From NCBI GenBank assembly GCA_951406725.2, contig OX597815.1:147870001-147934000 (forward strand): DNA of 64,000 nucleotides, read 5' to 3'. The notes under the pieces are model-generated. The model was not told the origin of the DNA. It ran no database searches and saw only the letters and a list, made by a program, of their open reading frames with translations. Shown in pieces: positions 13,005-26,294 of this stretch; within the stretch, counting starts at the first letter, position 1; each line of letters begins with the position of its first letter. The position numbers were made by a program, and so were the translations under genes. This DNA comes from Octopus vulgaris (taxonomy: Eukaryota).

Positions 13005-13820
13005 AGGAATCCTGACGATTGGGCTATCCAGGATTTTCTTATATCTAGCCCAGGCCTGCACAAAACTGAAGAGGACGCTTCAGTGCTGCTGTAAAAAGTG
13101 TCAGAAAAAACACGGGAGGTAGCAGTCACGAGTGATAAGTTCATACTGATTGGCGTAGGATATGGGCGCTACAAGTTACCTCTGACGGTGGGAGGGACCC
13201 TCGTGTCCCATTGGTTAGCTACTGCCCACCTCAAACTGGGCAGCCCCCGGTTACTAAGGTGCTGACCCGCCACAGGTTGCCTGCTTAATTGGGTGCTTGG
13301 CGCTAAGAGTTTGACTTGAAAAGCGGCCTGCACACTGTGTACCAAGCAAAAAATCAAAAGACAAAACCCCACCAGTTCTGCTGTTAGCAAGCTGGAATGT
13401 CAGGACCATGTGCCCTGGAATATCTGATGACCTACTCAGGTTTGAAGACACAAGAAAGACGGCCAACATTGACCGCGAACTAAAGAGGCTCAACATAGAC
13501 ATTGCTGTACTTCAGGAGACAAGACTCCCAGTTCTACGAAGATCTCAGCTGTGTCTTTAGAAACATACCAACCAACGAAAACATCTACCCTCTAAGATAT
13601 TTTAACGCTCACGTGGGATCTGACCATGACTCGTGGCTCATTTGTGTCGGACACTCTGGTATTGGCAACTTGAATGACAATGGTCAGAGACTGCTTGAAA
13701 TATGTACATACCATAACCTGTGCATCACCAACACATTCTTTGCCAACAAGACATCCCACAAGGCATTTCACCACTGGCACCAGTTGGATCTCATCATTAC
13801 ACGAAGATCCGTTCTGAATT
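13005..13820 (+). mobile_element. RTE-clade (BovB-like) LINE 5' fragment: UTR plus internally deleted APE endonuclease
   Basis: LASWNVRTMCPGISDDL...DTRKTANIDRELKRLNIDIAVLQETRL; FNAHVGSDHDSW..CVGHSGIGNLNDNGQRLLEICTYHNLCITNTFF; HWHQLDLIITRR. Confidence 0.87.
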
Positions 13821-14894
13821 CATATTCTCACATACATTATTGAATTACCGTACGAAACGAGCGTTTTCAAGTAACGTATTTCAAATCAAATGATAAAAAG
13901 AATTTATTTTCTTTTCGTAATTACAGGTTTCTAAAATAATCTGGAGGATTCTTTTAAAGCGTTTCGTTATTAACTATCATCTTCTGATTTTAGTCCTTAT
14001 ATATATCATTTCCTTATACAGAATACACTGTAATACAGCTGTGGAAACTGACAAACTGATTGTGGTAAACATTATTTCCATATCATATTTCTCAAACTTA
14101 AATTGAACAACTGGACAAGTAGATTGTATGTGCTGTGCATTTTAACATTCAGATTGGCACCGACTCACGTCATGGGAAAACTGAAGCACCAGAAAATTAG
14201 AATCGGTCGACTTTGTGACTCATATTTCCTTAGACGGTTCTTTAAAATATAAATCACAAAACTGAATATGGAAAATAATTTTATGTAAAGATTTGTGTTT
14301 TCATTTATCGAAACAATAAATCCCACACAAAACTGACATTGTATGCTAATCTGCAATAGTTTTCAAGTTTTCTCTTTCAAACAATTAGTATTTTTCGGAA
14401 TATAATTTTAATCTTGTCTCTTCATCTTTCCGTTGTTTCAAATAGATTTTGTTTGCAGGAAATATAACCTTAATTCAGTCAGCGAAGCCGGATATTATCT
14501 GTTCAGTATTTTATTGCTTTAGATGGAAATCTCATTTCCGTTCCCATTATTATTCCCTGTTTAGAGTAATTATCTATATTTGCATCAAAGAATATCAAAC
14601 AGAATATTGAGGGTAGTTTATATCTTTATCTTTCAAGATTTTTTTTTTTGGAACACAGAATTCTCATTATTTTCAATCGTTGTTTTTTAAATATGGTAGT
14701 TTTATTTATTTACATATACGGGTATCGATATCGTTTATAAAGCAATATAGCATAATTTTATAACACACATGATACACATATTCCTATATATATATATATA
14801 TGTTGCTTTTCTCATACAAATGTCCATTCTTAAACAAGAATTTAGAGCAGAAAAGTTAAGCTTTTACACATTAGTTTCATATTTTGCACAAGTG

Positions 14895-15020
14895 CATGCG
14901 GGGTCGTTCCTTTGCGGTAAGTAGTTAGCTACGCAATACTAAATCTTCCGGATCAGTTTTACTGCGAGGCAAGCACTTTGAACAAATATTTATACTATAA
15001 TCCCGGGGCGGACATAGCTA
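14895..15020 (+). mobile_element. Highly decayed, uninterrupted head of SINE family A
   Basis: GGTAAGTAGTTAGCTACGCAATAC...TTCCGGATCAGTTTTACTGCGAGGCA...TACTATAATCCCGGGG aligns loosely to the reconstituted SINE at 45625-45662 plus 51154-51230. Confidence 0.45.
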
Positions 15021-15308
15021 AAGAACAAATGCTATATATTGAACTTCTTTACATTACAGCTGTTTCTGCAATAGGGTATTTTGGACAGTTACTTTGACTA
15101 TCAGGATAATATCCTATAGCTTCAAGAGTATCTTGAACATGAAGCAGACTTTATTTGGGGAACTTATAGGTTTATAACATGCAGGCGTTATGAGTAAAAG
15201 AGTTTGTTCTGGTGGGTATGGAAAGTTCTTTCCTAAGGTAGAAGTATGAAAACATACACCTGTTCTTAGGATAGCATGAAAACAGAGATATATGGGTAGA
15301 CGCTCACT

Positions 15309-15341
<33 letters not shown>

Positions 15342-15346
15342 GTATA

Positions 15347-15396
<50 letters not shown>

Positions 15397-15402
15397 TGTG
15401 AA

Positions 15403-15744
15403 GGCGCATGGCTCAGTGGTTAGAGCGTCGAACTTACGATCGTGAGGTTGTGAGCTCGAATCCCGGACGGGGCTGCGTGTTGTGTTCTTGAGCAAGGCAC
15501 TTTATTTCACGTTGCTCCAGTTCACTCAGCTGTAGAAATGAGTTGCGACGTCACAGGTGCCAAGCTGTATCGGCCCTTGCCTTTCCCTTGGACAACATCG
15601 GTGACGTGGAGAGGGGAGGCCGGTATGCATGGGCGACTGCTGGTCTTCCATAAAACAACCTTGCCCAGACTTGTGCCTCAGAGGGTATCTCTCTAGGTGC
15701 AAACCCATGGTCAGTGCCTGACCGAAGGGGGTCTTTACCCTTTA
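15403..15744 (+). mobile_element. tRNA-derived SINE (family B), well preserved, embedded in (TA)n
   Basis: Box A TGGCTCAGTGGT (15409-15420), box B-like GAGCTCGAATCCC, central TGTGTTCTTGAGCAAGGCACTT (CORE/Meta-like motif), ends TTTACCCTTTA. Confidence 0.85.
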
Positions 15745-15879
15745 TATATATATACGCAAATATAAAATTATACACCCGTTCATATACACATATGTGGAAA
15801 CATACAAATGTATAAACACACACGCGTATATATATATGAAACATACGTAGTCTGGATTTTATATACACCTGCTACAGAC

Positions 15880-16065
15880 CATTTTGGAAGAATTGGTTTT
15901 CAGGAGTTGGACGTTCGGCCAAAAGATCAACTATACGAAAATGAAGTACATAAGGTTTGAGGGTGTAGCGATCAATCGCCTAACTGTTGGAGGCAATGAA
16001 ATAAAAAATGTGCGCAACTATTTGCATCTAAGTCAAGAAGTGAATATGAGGCGAAATGTGGAGGA
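15880..16065 (+). mobile_element. Small decayed RTE-type RT C-terminal fragment
   Basis: FGQKINYTKMKY...VGGNEIKNVRNYLHLSQEV resembles GLKIN..KTK.M...IE.V..Y.YLG. Confidence 0.45.
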
Positions 16066-17515
16066 ATCTCGCGAAGAATTTCACCCATTTTTATATAATG
16101 TATATACTATAAAAAAAGAAATTGTTTAAATTATGAATTATTTGCAACTCCACTCCCTGCTCCCGATTGTTTCTATTTAGAAATTCAAATATTGGAGAAC
16201 CGGAGAAGGTCATTGCTGGTATTTGTTCAAAGTGATTTAAAACAAATACGGAGATGTATTTGTATAGCAAGAAACTAGTTATAAGATGATGTGCTGAAGC
16301 AAAAACAATTGCAGTGTACATGTTTCTAAGCCATTCAATAACTGACAGAAACCGTTAGTTTTACGGCATTTCTTAAGTACAGAGGCCCCAATGCATATAT
16401 GTAACGAGATGAAGGGGTTAGTTTTAGAGTTAGTTTTTAGGGTTAAGTTTAGGGCTACTTTTAGGGTTGTTAATGTGTCCTTGCACGTCAACACAGCGTA
16501 CATTTACAAAGTTTTGTACGTAACACCTGCTTTTAAGTAGTACCGATAAGGGAGTTCTGTGTTTAAGAAGAACGAGTTTTATTTCATTATTAAAATTTCA
16601 TCTGTGTCAAAACATTTTTTCGCACTGAAACCGTGACCTGGTCACTGACAAAAATTCGCAAGAGTAATGAACCTCGAAATTTCATCAGTGATCAGCAAAT
16701 ACACACACATACACACAGCATACACCCACGCACACAAATATTCATTACCTTTCAATTGTGTGTATGTGTACCTATGTGTACCTGTGTCACAGTTTAAATC
16801 GCTTGTGCAATTTGCTTGTGTATATATTGGCTTAATGGTATAGAGTGTTTGGAATCGGAGAATAAGGTTCAAGTTTCGAGTACTTGTGGGTAGGTTTTTT
16901 TCTCCTCGTCTTCTAATAGTAATTACTATTTTCTTGGCTCTTCTTACAGCTAACCCGCGTTCAAAAATTATACAGGTACTATAGTAAATAGTAAATAACG
17001 TATACAGTAATAGAACAATAAATAATATATTACGTATACAATAATAGAATAAAGTGTCGCTTTTTCAAATAGCGAATGAAATCTTAAAAGGGAAGGCAAG
17101 AGTCTTTGCAATTGAGAATGAAATAGTCCGCAGTGAATTCAATGAATATTTAAATTTGTGAATTCGACGCAGAGAATATTTAAATTTAAAGAAATTCGAG
17201 TTTAAAACTTCAAGAAACTTGAGGAATCGATATTATAGGAAATTTCTTAGAACATGGATTTATAAGAATATTTCCAGATAGTCAATCCTTTAATAATTGC
17301 TTTCTATTTGTAATTTTAGTAGTTGTTACAAAATTAATAAGCAGGGGCCTCCGTTATAGTATATATATATATATATATATATATTATATTGAGGGTACTA
17401 CTATTCGTAGATACCAACACGCTAAGAGGGACCAATGCGGTCAAAACTACTAAAAATAAACAAAATTTTACCGAATGCAAAACTTCAAAACACATCATTT
17501 TAAAAAAAGAATTCA

Positions 17516-17579
17516 GTTACATATCACATGTGATTTCGCATTTAATGCAGAATATGCATTTCATGTTCATCAGTGCAAC
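17516..17579 (-). ncRNA. Type I hammerhead ribozyme (core intact)
   Basis: Minus strand: GUUGCA CUGAUGA ACAUGAAAUGCAUAUUCUGCAUUAAAUGC GAAA UCACAUGUGA UA UGUAAC. Stem I GUUGCA/UGUAAC, palindromic stem III, AUA cleavage triplet; base of stem II imperfect. Confidence 0.7.
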
Positions 17580-18014
17580 AAACTCAAGAAATATAAGAGA
17601 AAAACATTACATTACAAGCTCGATAGCCAACCGTAGAATTCGTCGTAGCATGTACGAATGTTTATCTTTACATATCTATGAAAATGGCGGGCTTATTCGC
17701 AATGCATTTCGGTAACAAATTGTCTAGTCGGAATAAAAATTCAGTATTGAACTATTCCGGTGAAAAATATGAATTAACAATTGAGGATAAAATCTTTAAA
17801 AGAAATTATCAGTAGTCAGCGTGAAAAACCTCGTAAGAGAAAAAATCCGTAAATTCTTCCTCTTTGAAAATATTCATTTATATTATATTGAGGGTACTAC
17901 TATTCGTAGATACCAACACGCTAAGAGGGACCATTGCGGTCAAAACTACTAAAAATAAACAAAATTTTACCGAATGCAAAACTTCAAAACGCATCATTTT
18001 AAAAAAAGAATTCA

Positions 18015-18078
18015 GTTACATATCACATGTGATTTTGCATTTAATGCAGAATATGCATTTCATGTTCATCAGTGCAAC
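18015..18078 (-). ncRNA. Second hammerhead copy, core mutated (GAAA to AAAA)
   Basis: Identical to 17516-17579 except TTTCGC becomes TTTTGC on the + strand (CpG-type transition). Confidence 0.6.
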
Positions 18079-18463
18079 AAACTCAATACCATTGTATTGA
18101 AACGCGTTTAATGATGGTGGCCTCCCCAAGACAAAGGAAACGTTGTGTTTTGAACATCACTTAAAGCTTTTAAAACCGTCTCTCTCTCTCTTTTTCCCAT
18201 CCTTGCCCTTTGTTACTCTTTCTTTTTCCTCTTCTTCCCCCTCTCTTTTCCTTTTTTTTGTGTCCTCTTTGAGTTATATTTAGAATACAAAATGACTGTC
18301 TCCGCTTTCCTTCCAAACACTCAATTTTGGGGAACTCATTTTATTATTAAATATAATTGTGCATGAAAAAATATTACTACTATATTTCAAATATAAAAAA
18401 ATATATATACTCGCAGCTAGAACATTCCAATGCTACACACACACACACATAAATACCTCCCCA

Positions 18464-18564
<101 letters not shown>

Positions 18565-18849
18565 GAACATTTGTAGAGATGAGTCACATTTGGAATAAAA
18601 ATGCAAATTCTCCGCTTTACCTTCAAATATTCAATTTTAGAAACAATCCCTTGATGATGATGATGTGTGTGTGTGTGCGTGTGTGTGTTTGGGAACATGT
18701 CCATGTTTATACTGTGTAACTTCGATGTTTTGCATTGAAATACAAAAGCAAGCTTTATTCAACCTTAATTTTTTTTAATTAAAAAAACATTAGTACCACA
18801 CTAACAAAGTAGAAAACACGCAAAGCTCAGAACATCTCAATGTCACACA

Positions 18850-19540
18850 TACACGCCTGAATATTTATAAATATGAGAATTATGTTTCCAAAATTCGAGT
18901 TATATTTAGAATTCAATCCGTCACTTTATTTACATTTGACGGATATTTGTTCCCATCTCTTTTGTTGTTAACACAATGTTTCGGCTGTTAACACACCGTC
19001 CTTTTATCCGTCCTCTATGTTTCAATACACAGTGTTTGTGTGCTCCTAGGCCTAAATTGTAAGGTATATTAGTGTAGAGGTTGGTGATTTCGAAACGTGT
19101 AAGTATCGTACCTTCCTCGATAGTGGGAAGGATGTGTTGGATGAAATCTATGTCTTCTCGTACATAACTGGGTATTAAATGGTACTTAGGTTTTATGAGT
19201 ATATCCAAAAAAATGACTTGTTGTGCTGGTGCTTGAGGTCCAGCAACCCTTGGTCTTAGTTTGAGGTCAGCAGACCTTAGTATTTTTTAGGTATTGGTTC
19301 TTCTGCTTATTTATGGCACTTAGTAATTCGGAGCTTCTGTGTATTTTAGGCAATCCGTAAAAATTGCTTTGTTTCATTACAGAGTTGCATATATAATATT
19401 GTTCCTTCTCTGTGAAGGAATCTTGCAATTCAATTATTAATCTTGTGATTTTATTCATTATTGCTTTTTTGTGGGGTGACTTGGTTTTTCCTTGTAGTAG
19501 GTTTGGTTTGTTAACAATTCTAATGTTTTATCTTTATAGT
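18850..19540 (-). mobile_element. Penelope-like element RT fragment
   Basis: SNFYGLPKIHRS, LRPRVAGPQAP, LDILIKP...IPSYVREDIDFI, TILTRFEITNLYTNIPYNLGL (PLE RT motifs), joined to non-coding sequence by a deletion near 19000. Confidence 0.82.
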
Positions 19541-19549
19541 AGACGCCAA

Positions 19550-19760
19550 CCGAAAATCTTACGAAAAAACAACAAGGGCTGAATTCAAATTGGAGAATGA
19601 ATCAGGATTCTTAATTAAAGAATGTAACGAGAGGAAATGTGGAACATGGAACAACAACAGCAACTTTAAGTACATAAAAAGTGGTTCCCACATAAAATTC
19701 GGCAGTGGATCGCTTTTGAAAATAAATGCAGATATGAACTGCAAAACGCAAAAAACACAC
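19550..19760 (+). mobile_element. PLE linker fragment in inverted orientation
   Basis: TRAEFK...IKECNERKCGTW...IKSGSHIKF...INADMNCKTQ resembles the Cys-rich linker preceding the PLE GIY-YIG domain. Confidence 0.55.
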
Positions 19761-19804
19761 GCAGACATATATATTGGAGTAATACTATCAAATGTAAGAG
19801 CTAT

Positions 19805-19940
19805 GGTAAGTCGGTTACATCCACCCCACTATCATCTGGGACTTTATTTTATCTACTTTAAAATGGTGAAAGGTGTGGTTGAGTTCGGTGGGGTTTTCAA
19901 CAAAGTACTGCAAGTGCGTTTGGCCCCTCTGCAGTAACGA
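19805..19940 (-). mobile_element. Decayed SINE central-domain relic
   Basis: Reverse complement CCTTTCACCATTTTAAAGTAGATAAAATAAAGTCCCAG...GGGGTGGATGTAACCGACTT resembles a Nin/Deu-type SINE body. Confidence 0.4.
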
Positions 19941-20003
19941 CACTATTGTGTAGCTGTCTTACCTGAATTAAAATATAAAATCATTTCAAACGAATATACT
20001 TTA

Positions 20004-20160
20004 GGTGCAGACGTTATTATACAGTAAGAAGTTTGCTTTTCTACCATAGGATTCCGCCTTTAGTGCCATTGTATTGCTACATTGGCAAGTACATTCCATT
20101 ACAGGATCGGACCGACACAAAATATCGTTAATGGATTTAGCAAAAGGAAGAAGCCTCTCA
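20004..20160 (+). mobile_element. Decayed, uninterrupted head of SINE family A (empty target site)
   Basis: GGTGCAGACGTTATTATACAGTAAGAAGTTTGCTTTTCTACCATAGGATTCC...TTGGCAAGTACATTCC...GGACCGAC...TGGATTTAG...GAAGAAGCC is colinear with 45625-45662 plus 51154-51273. Confidence 0.65.
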
Positions 20161-23100
20161 TGTGTATGTATATATATGAGTGTGTGTATGTGTGTGTGTG
20201 TATGTAAAGGAGAGAGAGAGCGTGTGTGTGTGTGAGTGTGAAGACGGTATCCCATTATGATAGTAGATTAGTGACTGAAACAAGATAAGAGATTATGGTT
20301 GATTTTGAGAGAGGAAGCAGAATTAGTGAACAATTACAAAGGGACTTGTAAATATAAAGAACTATTAAGAGGAATATGATAAAGTTTGGGCAAAACGAAT
20401 CGGAGCAATGACTAAGGTAATTCCTTAAAGAATGAAGAAATAATTCTTTGTTTTAACTAATAAATGTATAAATGACTGGCAAACTCATGTTAAATATAAT
20501 CCAAAATTTTTATTTAAAATATTTAATCTTTAAAAAAATCTTGTTGTTTTATGAAATTAGAATTTAAAAGTAATTTGGCTTCTCTGATTAGGACATTTTT
20601 TTATGTTAAATGTTTCTAAAAATTTAAACATTAAAGTATTAGAAAAACTATATTAAAGTTCATGAATAATAAGAATAACAATTGAAAAAATAATTTAATA
20701 ATATAAACTAATTTCATAATAAAAAAAGGAGACCTAAATTAGGAGTTTAAATTAATAAAAACATTTATTACGTTCAATTGATATTAATATAAACATAAAT
20801 ATTAATAATTTTCTGGCTTTATATATGCATGTAACTTTATGCCTCTGGCTGCAGTAACCTGTGTATGTCAATGCATGTATATGTGAGTACATGTGAATAT
20901 ATGTGTGTATGTAGAATTCTAGGTAAAGAAAATTCTTGAATGGAATATCTAGAGCTCTTAATTGAGGTTAAGTACAATCAAAAATTTTTCAGCGAAAAAA
21001 ATTCCCCAGTCCTTTATCTAGACAAGGGCGTTGATACAAGTATGTGTGTATACATGCATTACACAAATATGTGTATGTATGTATGCATGTATGTATGTAT
21101 GTATGTATGTATGTATCTATCTATCTATCTATCTATCTATATATATATATATATATATTTGTATGTACATATGTGTGAGTGCGTAATGTATTTATACAAA
21201 GAGAAATTGGTGATACAGAAATGTATTATATTTAATCGAAAATAACTACTTAATTTCTTTAAATAAATATAATATAACGATAATTTGAAACGAATATTGA
21301 TATATTATTGAGTGAAACACAAAGTTGTATATCGGATTGAAACAGATACTCAGAGATGGAGTATGGGAATCTTACGAAGGCTTATGTAACAACATATTTC
21401 AAATCCAGAAAGACAAAAGAAACAACGATAAACACTTAATGAATAAGCTTGTGCAACTTCAGGAATAGACAGCATTTCAGTGTAAACACTTTGAAATGGA
21501 AATTGGAATAGCTCGAAATGGATATTGAAATTAAAGCAGTTTCAATTGAAATTAGACAACTTAATTTGTCGTAGAATAACAAGAATTTAATGCAGCTTAA
21601 TGCATAAATTTATTTAGAATTTCTATAATATTCGGATATAATGATATACCATTTCTCGATGCATCACTTGGTAATATGACATATATCATGCTCACAGTTT
21701 TTTATACTAACGTTGAATCAACTTTATGATTATACTCTGCGAAATTGACTGAATAGCATTGCAAACATTCGCTTTTGATTTTGGCTACAAACAGAAGCAT
21801 GATTTCAATTTTAGAGCAACATATTTCCTGGAAGACCAAATCGATGGTTTTGCTATGTAATAACAGTATGTGACGATTAAATAGATCAAAGGTGTTGCTT
21901 CGTGTTGTTTTCCTGTCGTTGGACACAATTTTTGATGTTGTTTTTATTCTGTCAAAGCAAAAAGATAATGCAGATAGAGTAGATTATGCGTCATTTTAAT
22001 GTGATCCAGCTGTTAGAATTTGTGTATTAATAACCATCTGTCATACTTTAATATGCGTGGCTTTAGTGGGCTTTAGTGCCAGCACTGTTTCAGAGTTAGT
22101 TTCGGGAATTGCAGATATCAGCTAACACTCTCGATAATGCTCTGAGCAATACGAATCGGCATAGGAACCAATGAAATAACATGAATGAACGGATCACCGC
22201 TCATATTGGATACAACAAAATCTCACTTTGGCTAAGCATCTGGTTCCAAAGAAAGCAAGTGCTCAATGTATACCGTATTTATCTGCCTGAAAACATAATT
22301 GTGATATCTAAGTCAAAGTGCACGCGTTGCCTATAGAATTAACTACAAGTAAAAAAAATCATTTGAATAAATTAAATTTCTTTCAAGTATGACCATTGTT
22401 CTCACCTGTAACAGTTTTTATTTCATGTATCTTGTATATTTTGTCAAACCATAAGTGAAATAAAAAATATATTCAAAGTTTAATATGTCCTCTAGATACT
22501 GAAATGTACGAGGTCAGGATGTTTGACTGCACACTGTTACTGCATTATCTTTTCTCCAAATAGAGATTTCATGTTAATATATCTTTCACAACATACTAAT
22601 GTAATGTAAAATGGTGGAATCCGTAAGGAATCAGATTAAATAACTTGTATGCATTCTACCTTGTGCCATCGCAGTCCATTGAGGATATTTGTAATGATAT
22701 CAACTCGGTGTGAATAAAATATTGTATCTATCATACTCAGTATTTTTAGTTCATTATACTTCCCTTAGATATGCTGCAAATCAATAATAGTTGAAATAAT
22801 ATGGGATTTTATTATATGGAGGTGACAACGTTCAACTCCTCTTATGTCATTCAGTTGAACTAATGTCAGACGTCTTTTATCTCTACAGGAATCGGTTCAT
22901 ATAAAATTTATTATGAAAATATGAAACGTAGCGGAATCATTCCTAACCCGATTGTAGTGTCATATATAACTGTTGGAACTTCCTAAAATACATTTACTTC
23001 AAGATATTTGGTATATGGAAATCGTCTGTGAATACATATTGCACAATCCTATTTTTGTTATTGATAACTGAAAACAATATTAGTAAGGTTAAAATGTTAT

Positions 23101-23228
23101 ATACATTGTAGCACAATATTCAGATCTAACCGGAAGGAACAAGCGTTATTTTAAAATTCAACACTATCTACAACGTATATATGGCATACTTATGTATGCC
23201 TCTATGTTTGTATGAATATTTACATTTA

Positions 23229-23295
<67 letters not shown>

Positions 23296-24301
23296 GTGCG
23301 TGTGTGTATGTGTGTGTGTGTCTGTCTGTGTGTGTGTGTGTGTCTACTAGTCTGCTATAGGTTGATCACTGGGGAGTTATGTTGTCTTAATGCATTTTAC
23401 CTTAAGACAAAATTTCTTTTCCGCAGTAACTGTAGTGATTTTCCCACAATAGATAATTTCATGTTTAGTACAAGTTTGTTATTAATTTTAGCATCTATAA
23501 ATATGATGGTGCCTTAGACACATCATGGCAAACCATAAAAATATTATAAGATTGACGAAATGGTTTATGTATAATTTAAAATTGATTTCTTGAACAGTTT
23601 TGCTAAATGTTGATCACATATGTGACAATTTACCTAATTTCAGGGCTTATTGACCAGGACAGTCCAGTCAACGTTTTCCAACCATGACCACTGCGTTATG
23701 CATTTTTGTGTATGAACATCATCTTTAATGTGGTACATAAGGACCTCATAGAAAGAATCAACATGAAGACATAATTTCTTAATCTAAGTTGAAGTGCTTT
23801 CGATATGAAATGAAGAATAAAACAAAGCGGGCTGTTTCAAAAGAAATATAAAATATATAAATAATATATCGTTTTAAAATGTGCTGGCGAGATAGTGGCT
23901 TTAGCGTTTTGATGAAAAATAGAGTTACCTTTAACAGCTGTTCCACTGATCCCGATAAAATCTACGTTAATGATTAAAACTGTTATCTATGAGGGCAGCC
24001 ATTACAATTATGGGCGGGAAAAAATTAGTATTACAAGAAAAAAGGAAATGTAGGAATATTTATGAGATAAATAATAATCATTTTTCACACAAATAATAGA
24101 TAAGTGAAACATTAGCGGAAATTATCCTAACAATTATATCGACAGCAATGACAATCAATATGCGTTAACCATAACCGCCGATAAGAGAACCTTTGTGTAA
24201 CAGAGTTCTTTATTGTGCATAATCATATTAGACGTTATCTAACATAATTTTACTCATAAATATGTATGTATATGTGTATACATACATACATACATGCTCA
24301 C

Positions 24302-24349
<48 letters not shown>

Positions 24350-24360
24350 TATATGTATAT

Positions 24361-24414
<54 letters not shown>

Positions 24415-25179
24415 TTGTGTATATACACACACATATATATATATATACAATACTTGCATATATCTACATAAATAATTGCACACACACCCATATACATATA
24501 CACATTTACTTGAACGTTACATATATGAGAAATGTTTAATTGTTATAAAACATACGTAACAGATGAATTAGCAATACTTTGAAGAGCAATTTCAATAAAT
24601 ACTTGTTTTTACTATCATTTTATTTGTTGTATTAACAACATATGCAATTTCTATGCAATTTGCTTTCAATTGTAATGTCCTGAATCTCCCAAATATATAA
24701 CACAATTTTAAGAATGCTATGATTATTTATTTCACGTTGTTTTATATTATTTTTTGTGAAGATGATAATTAAAAATTCTGCTGAATATTAGGATTCGATT
24801 TAGCGCATAATTAACTGCATATTTTCAAATTATGTTGTGACAGATGCATGAATTGAACCTAGAAATTAGCTTGAAAATAAATGCCAGACGTTATATAACG
24901 GAAATACACAACCTAAGAAAATATATGGAATTGAAGTGCACGCATGTACCGAGAAATATGTGTCGTGACAACGGAATCAATTCCCTAGCATGAAACCGAT
25001 GCGATAGGACGTACGGTTGCTGAAGCATAGAGCTAAATTATCTGGTACAGATGATATCTTTCAAAAGCTACTCTTTGCTGAACTATGTAAAGTTAATGAA
25101 ACGCAATGCATCATAGAATAGCCTATGGAGATCAAAAGGTTGATAAGGACGTCTACGAGTATGATATTGGTGACTACAA

Positions 25180-25440
25180 TGAAGACGACGATGATTATGA
25201 TGCTGATGATGACGGCAACGACGATTGTGTTGTTAATGATGATGATGATGATGATGAAGCTGTTGATGATGTTGGAGAAGGAGAGTAGGAGGGAAAGGAG
25301 AATGAATGTGACAAACACGTGTTGGGCAATAAGGATAATGATGATAATGATGATGATGACGATGATGGTGATGATGTGATGATGAAATACTGGTGGTCGT
25401 GCCATAATGGTTATGTTCCTGGTGATTATGACGGCGATGG
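25180..25440. repeat. Degenerate (GAT)n-rich simple repeat
   Basis: Direct reading; source of the spurious poly-D/poly-M ORFs. Confidence 0.9.
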
Positions 25441-25753
25441 CAAAGGGAACAACGATTGTGAAAATGTCAAATTAACTGTGATTATGTCATCGGTAGACAT
25501 AGTTTAGAAACACGAAATTCTCATTCAATTTTATAAGCTAGTGACATTTATGAGAACAAAAGACAATGCTGATTGTTACGAATGAAATAGAACTAGAAAT
25601 ATTGTTTGTCAAAATAATGAATATATTTGTCGTTTGCAGCTTAAGTTCCATATCATTTTTTCGATGAAGTACTAACGTATAATATCGCTCTTACTACCCC
25701 TGTCTCTCAGTCTCTGTATATATACATACGTAAATACATACTTAAATACATGC

Positions 25754-25789
<36 letters not shown>

Positions 25790-25804
<15 letters not shown>

Positions 25805-26294
25805 TCTAGTTGTGTGAGTGTCTGTCCCCTTCGATTTAGATTCCTAACTCCTCCCACATTTTGCGGTGCAGTTTAACCAAATTCGGGTATCTTATAGTCG
25901 TGATTCATATCGAGCCCGTCTGACAATTAGCGCGCGTCAACGATGAGTCTACGACTTTAAAAATAATTTAACATCATTTTTTATTCCATTTTAATGCATA
26001 AAATGCATCGTATGTCGATGGCGGCGGAGTTGGCGTCCACGCTCACAGCTGCACCTGTTTGCCTCTCCCCCTTCCCTCCCTCGTGAAGCTGTGGGGAAGG
26101 GAGTGTAAAGAAATCAACGTCGTAATGCGTTGTGAAGGAAACCAGCGTTCTTTTAGAACAACGACTTCATGGCTTGAAGACACCAAAACAAAAATGGCTA
26201 AGAAAGCCCGAATTTATAAGGGAAGTAACTCTCTAAAAATGCTTATATAGTTATTTCCCTTACAAACCCGAGCAACGCCGGGCGATACTGCTAG
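25790..26294 (+). mobile_element. Non-autonomous Helitron, copy 1
   Basis: 3' hairpin CCCGAGCAACGCCGGG followed by CGATACTG-CTAG|T. The 5' end merges into (TA)n; the homologous 5' end at 58347 shows A|TC. Confidence 0.8.

Larger units (their letters stand above)
17382..18170 (-). mobile_element. Retrozyme-like / PLE pseudo-LTR element: 206-bp direct repeats at 499-bp spacing, each with a hammerhead motif
   Basis: 17382-17587 and 17881-18086 are direct repeats with 3 substitutions seen. The interior is non-coding. Upstream on the minus strand is a short PSLNAFQ-coding stub like a PLE ORF end. Confidence 0.75.

Noticed and set aside
15050-15130. Minus-strand GAAACAGCUGUA resembling a minimal hammerhead 3' half
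   Set aside because: No intact CUGANGA with a matching stem I.
15403-15475. tRNA gene
   Set aside because: It has A/B boxes but no clean cloverleaf or T-run terminator, and continues into a SINE body.
16410-16470. TTAGGG-like telomeric repeats
   Set aside because: Only a few degenerate, non-tandem units; not an interstitial telomere array.
16640-16695. Minus-strand CUGAUGA...GCGAAU...GUC
   Set aside because: GAAA box mutated and stem III unsupported.
17389-18100. Duplicated + strand ORFs (108 aa and 78 aa)
   Set aside because: They are the antisense reading of the hammerhead-bearing direct repeats, with non-ATG starts and no recognisable domain.
21250-22300. Possible hAT-like transposase relic on the minus strand
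   Set aside because: Only vague motif resemblance across many stops; cannot be supported by eye.
25061-25507. Poly-Asp/poly-Met ORFs (also 40063-40311)
   Set aside because: They derive from (GAT)n/(CAT)n microsatellites, with no splice or domain support.
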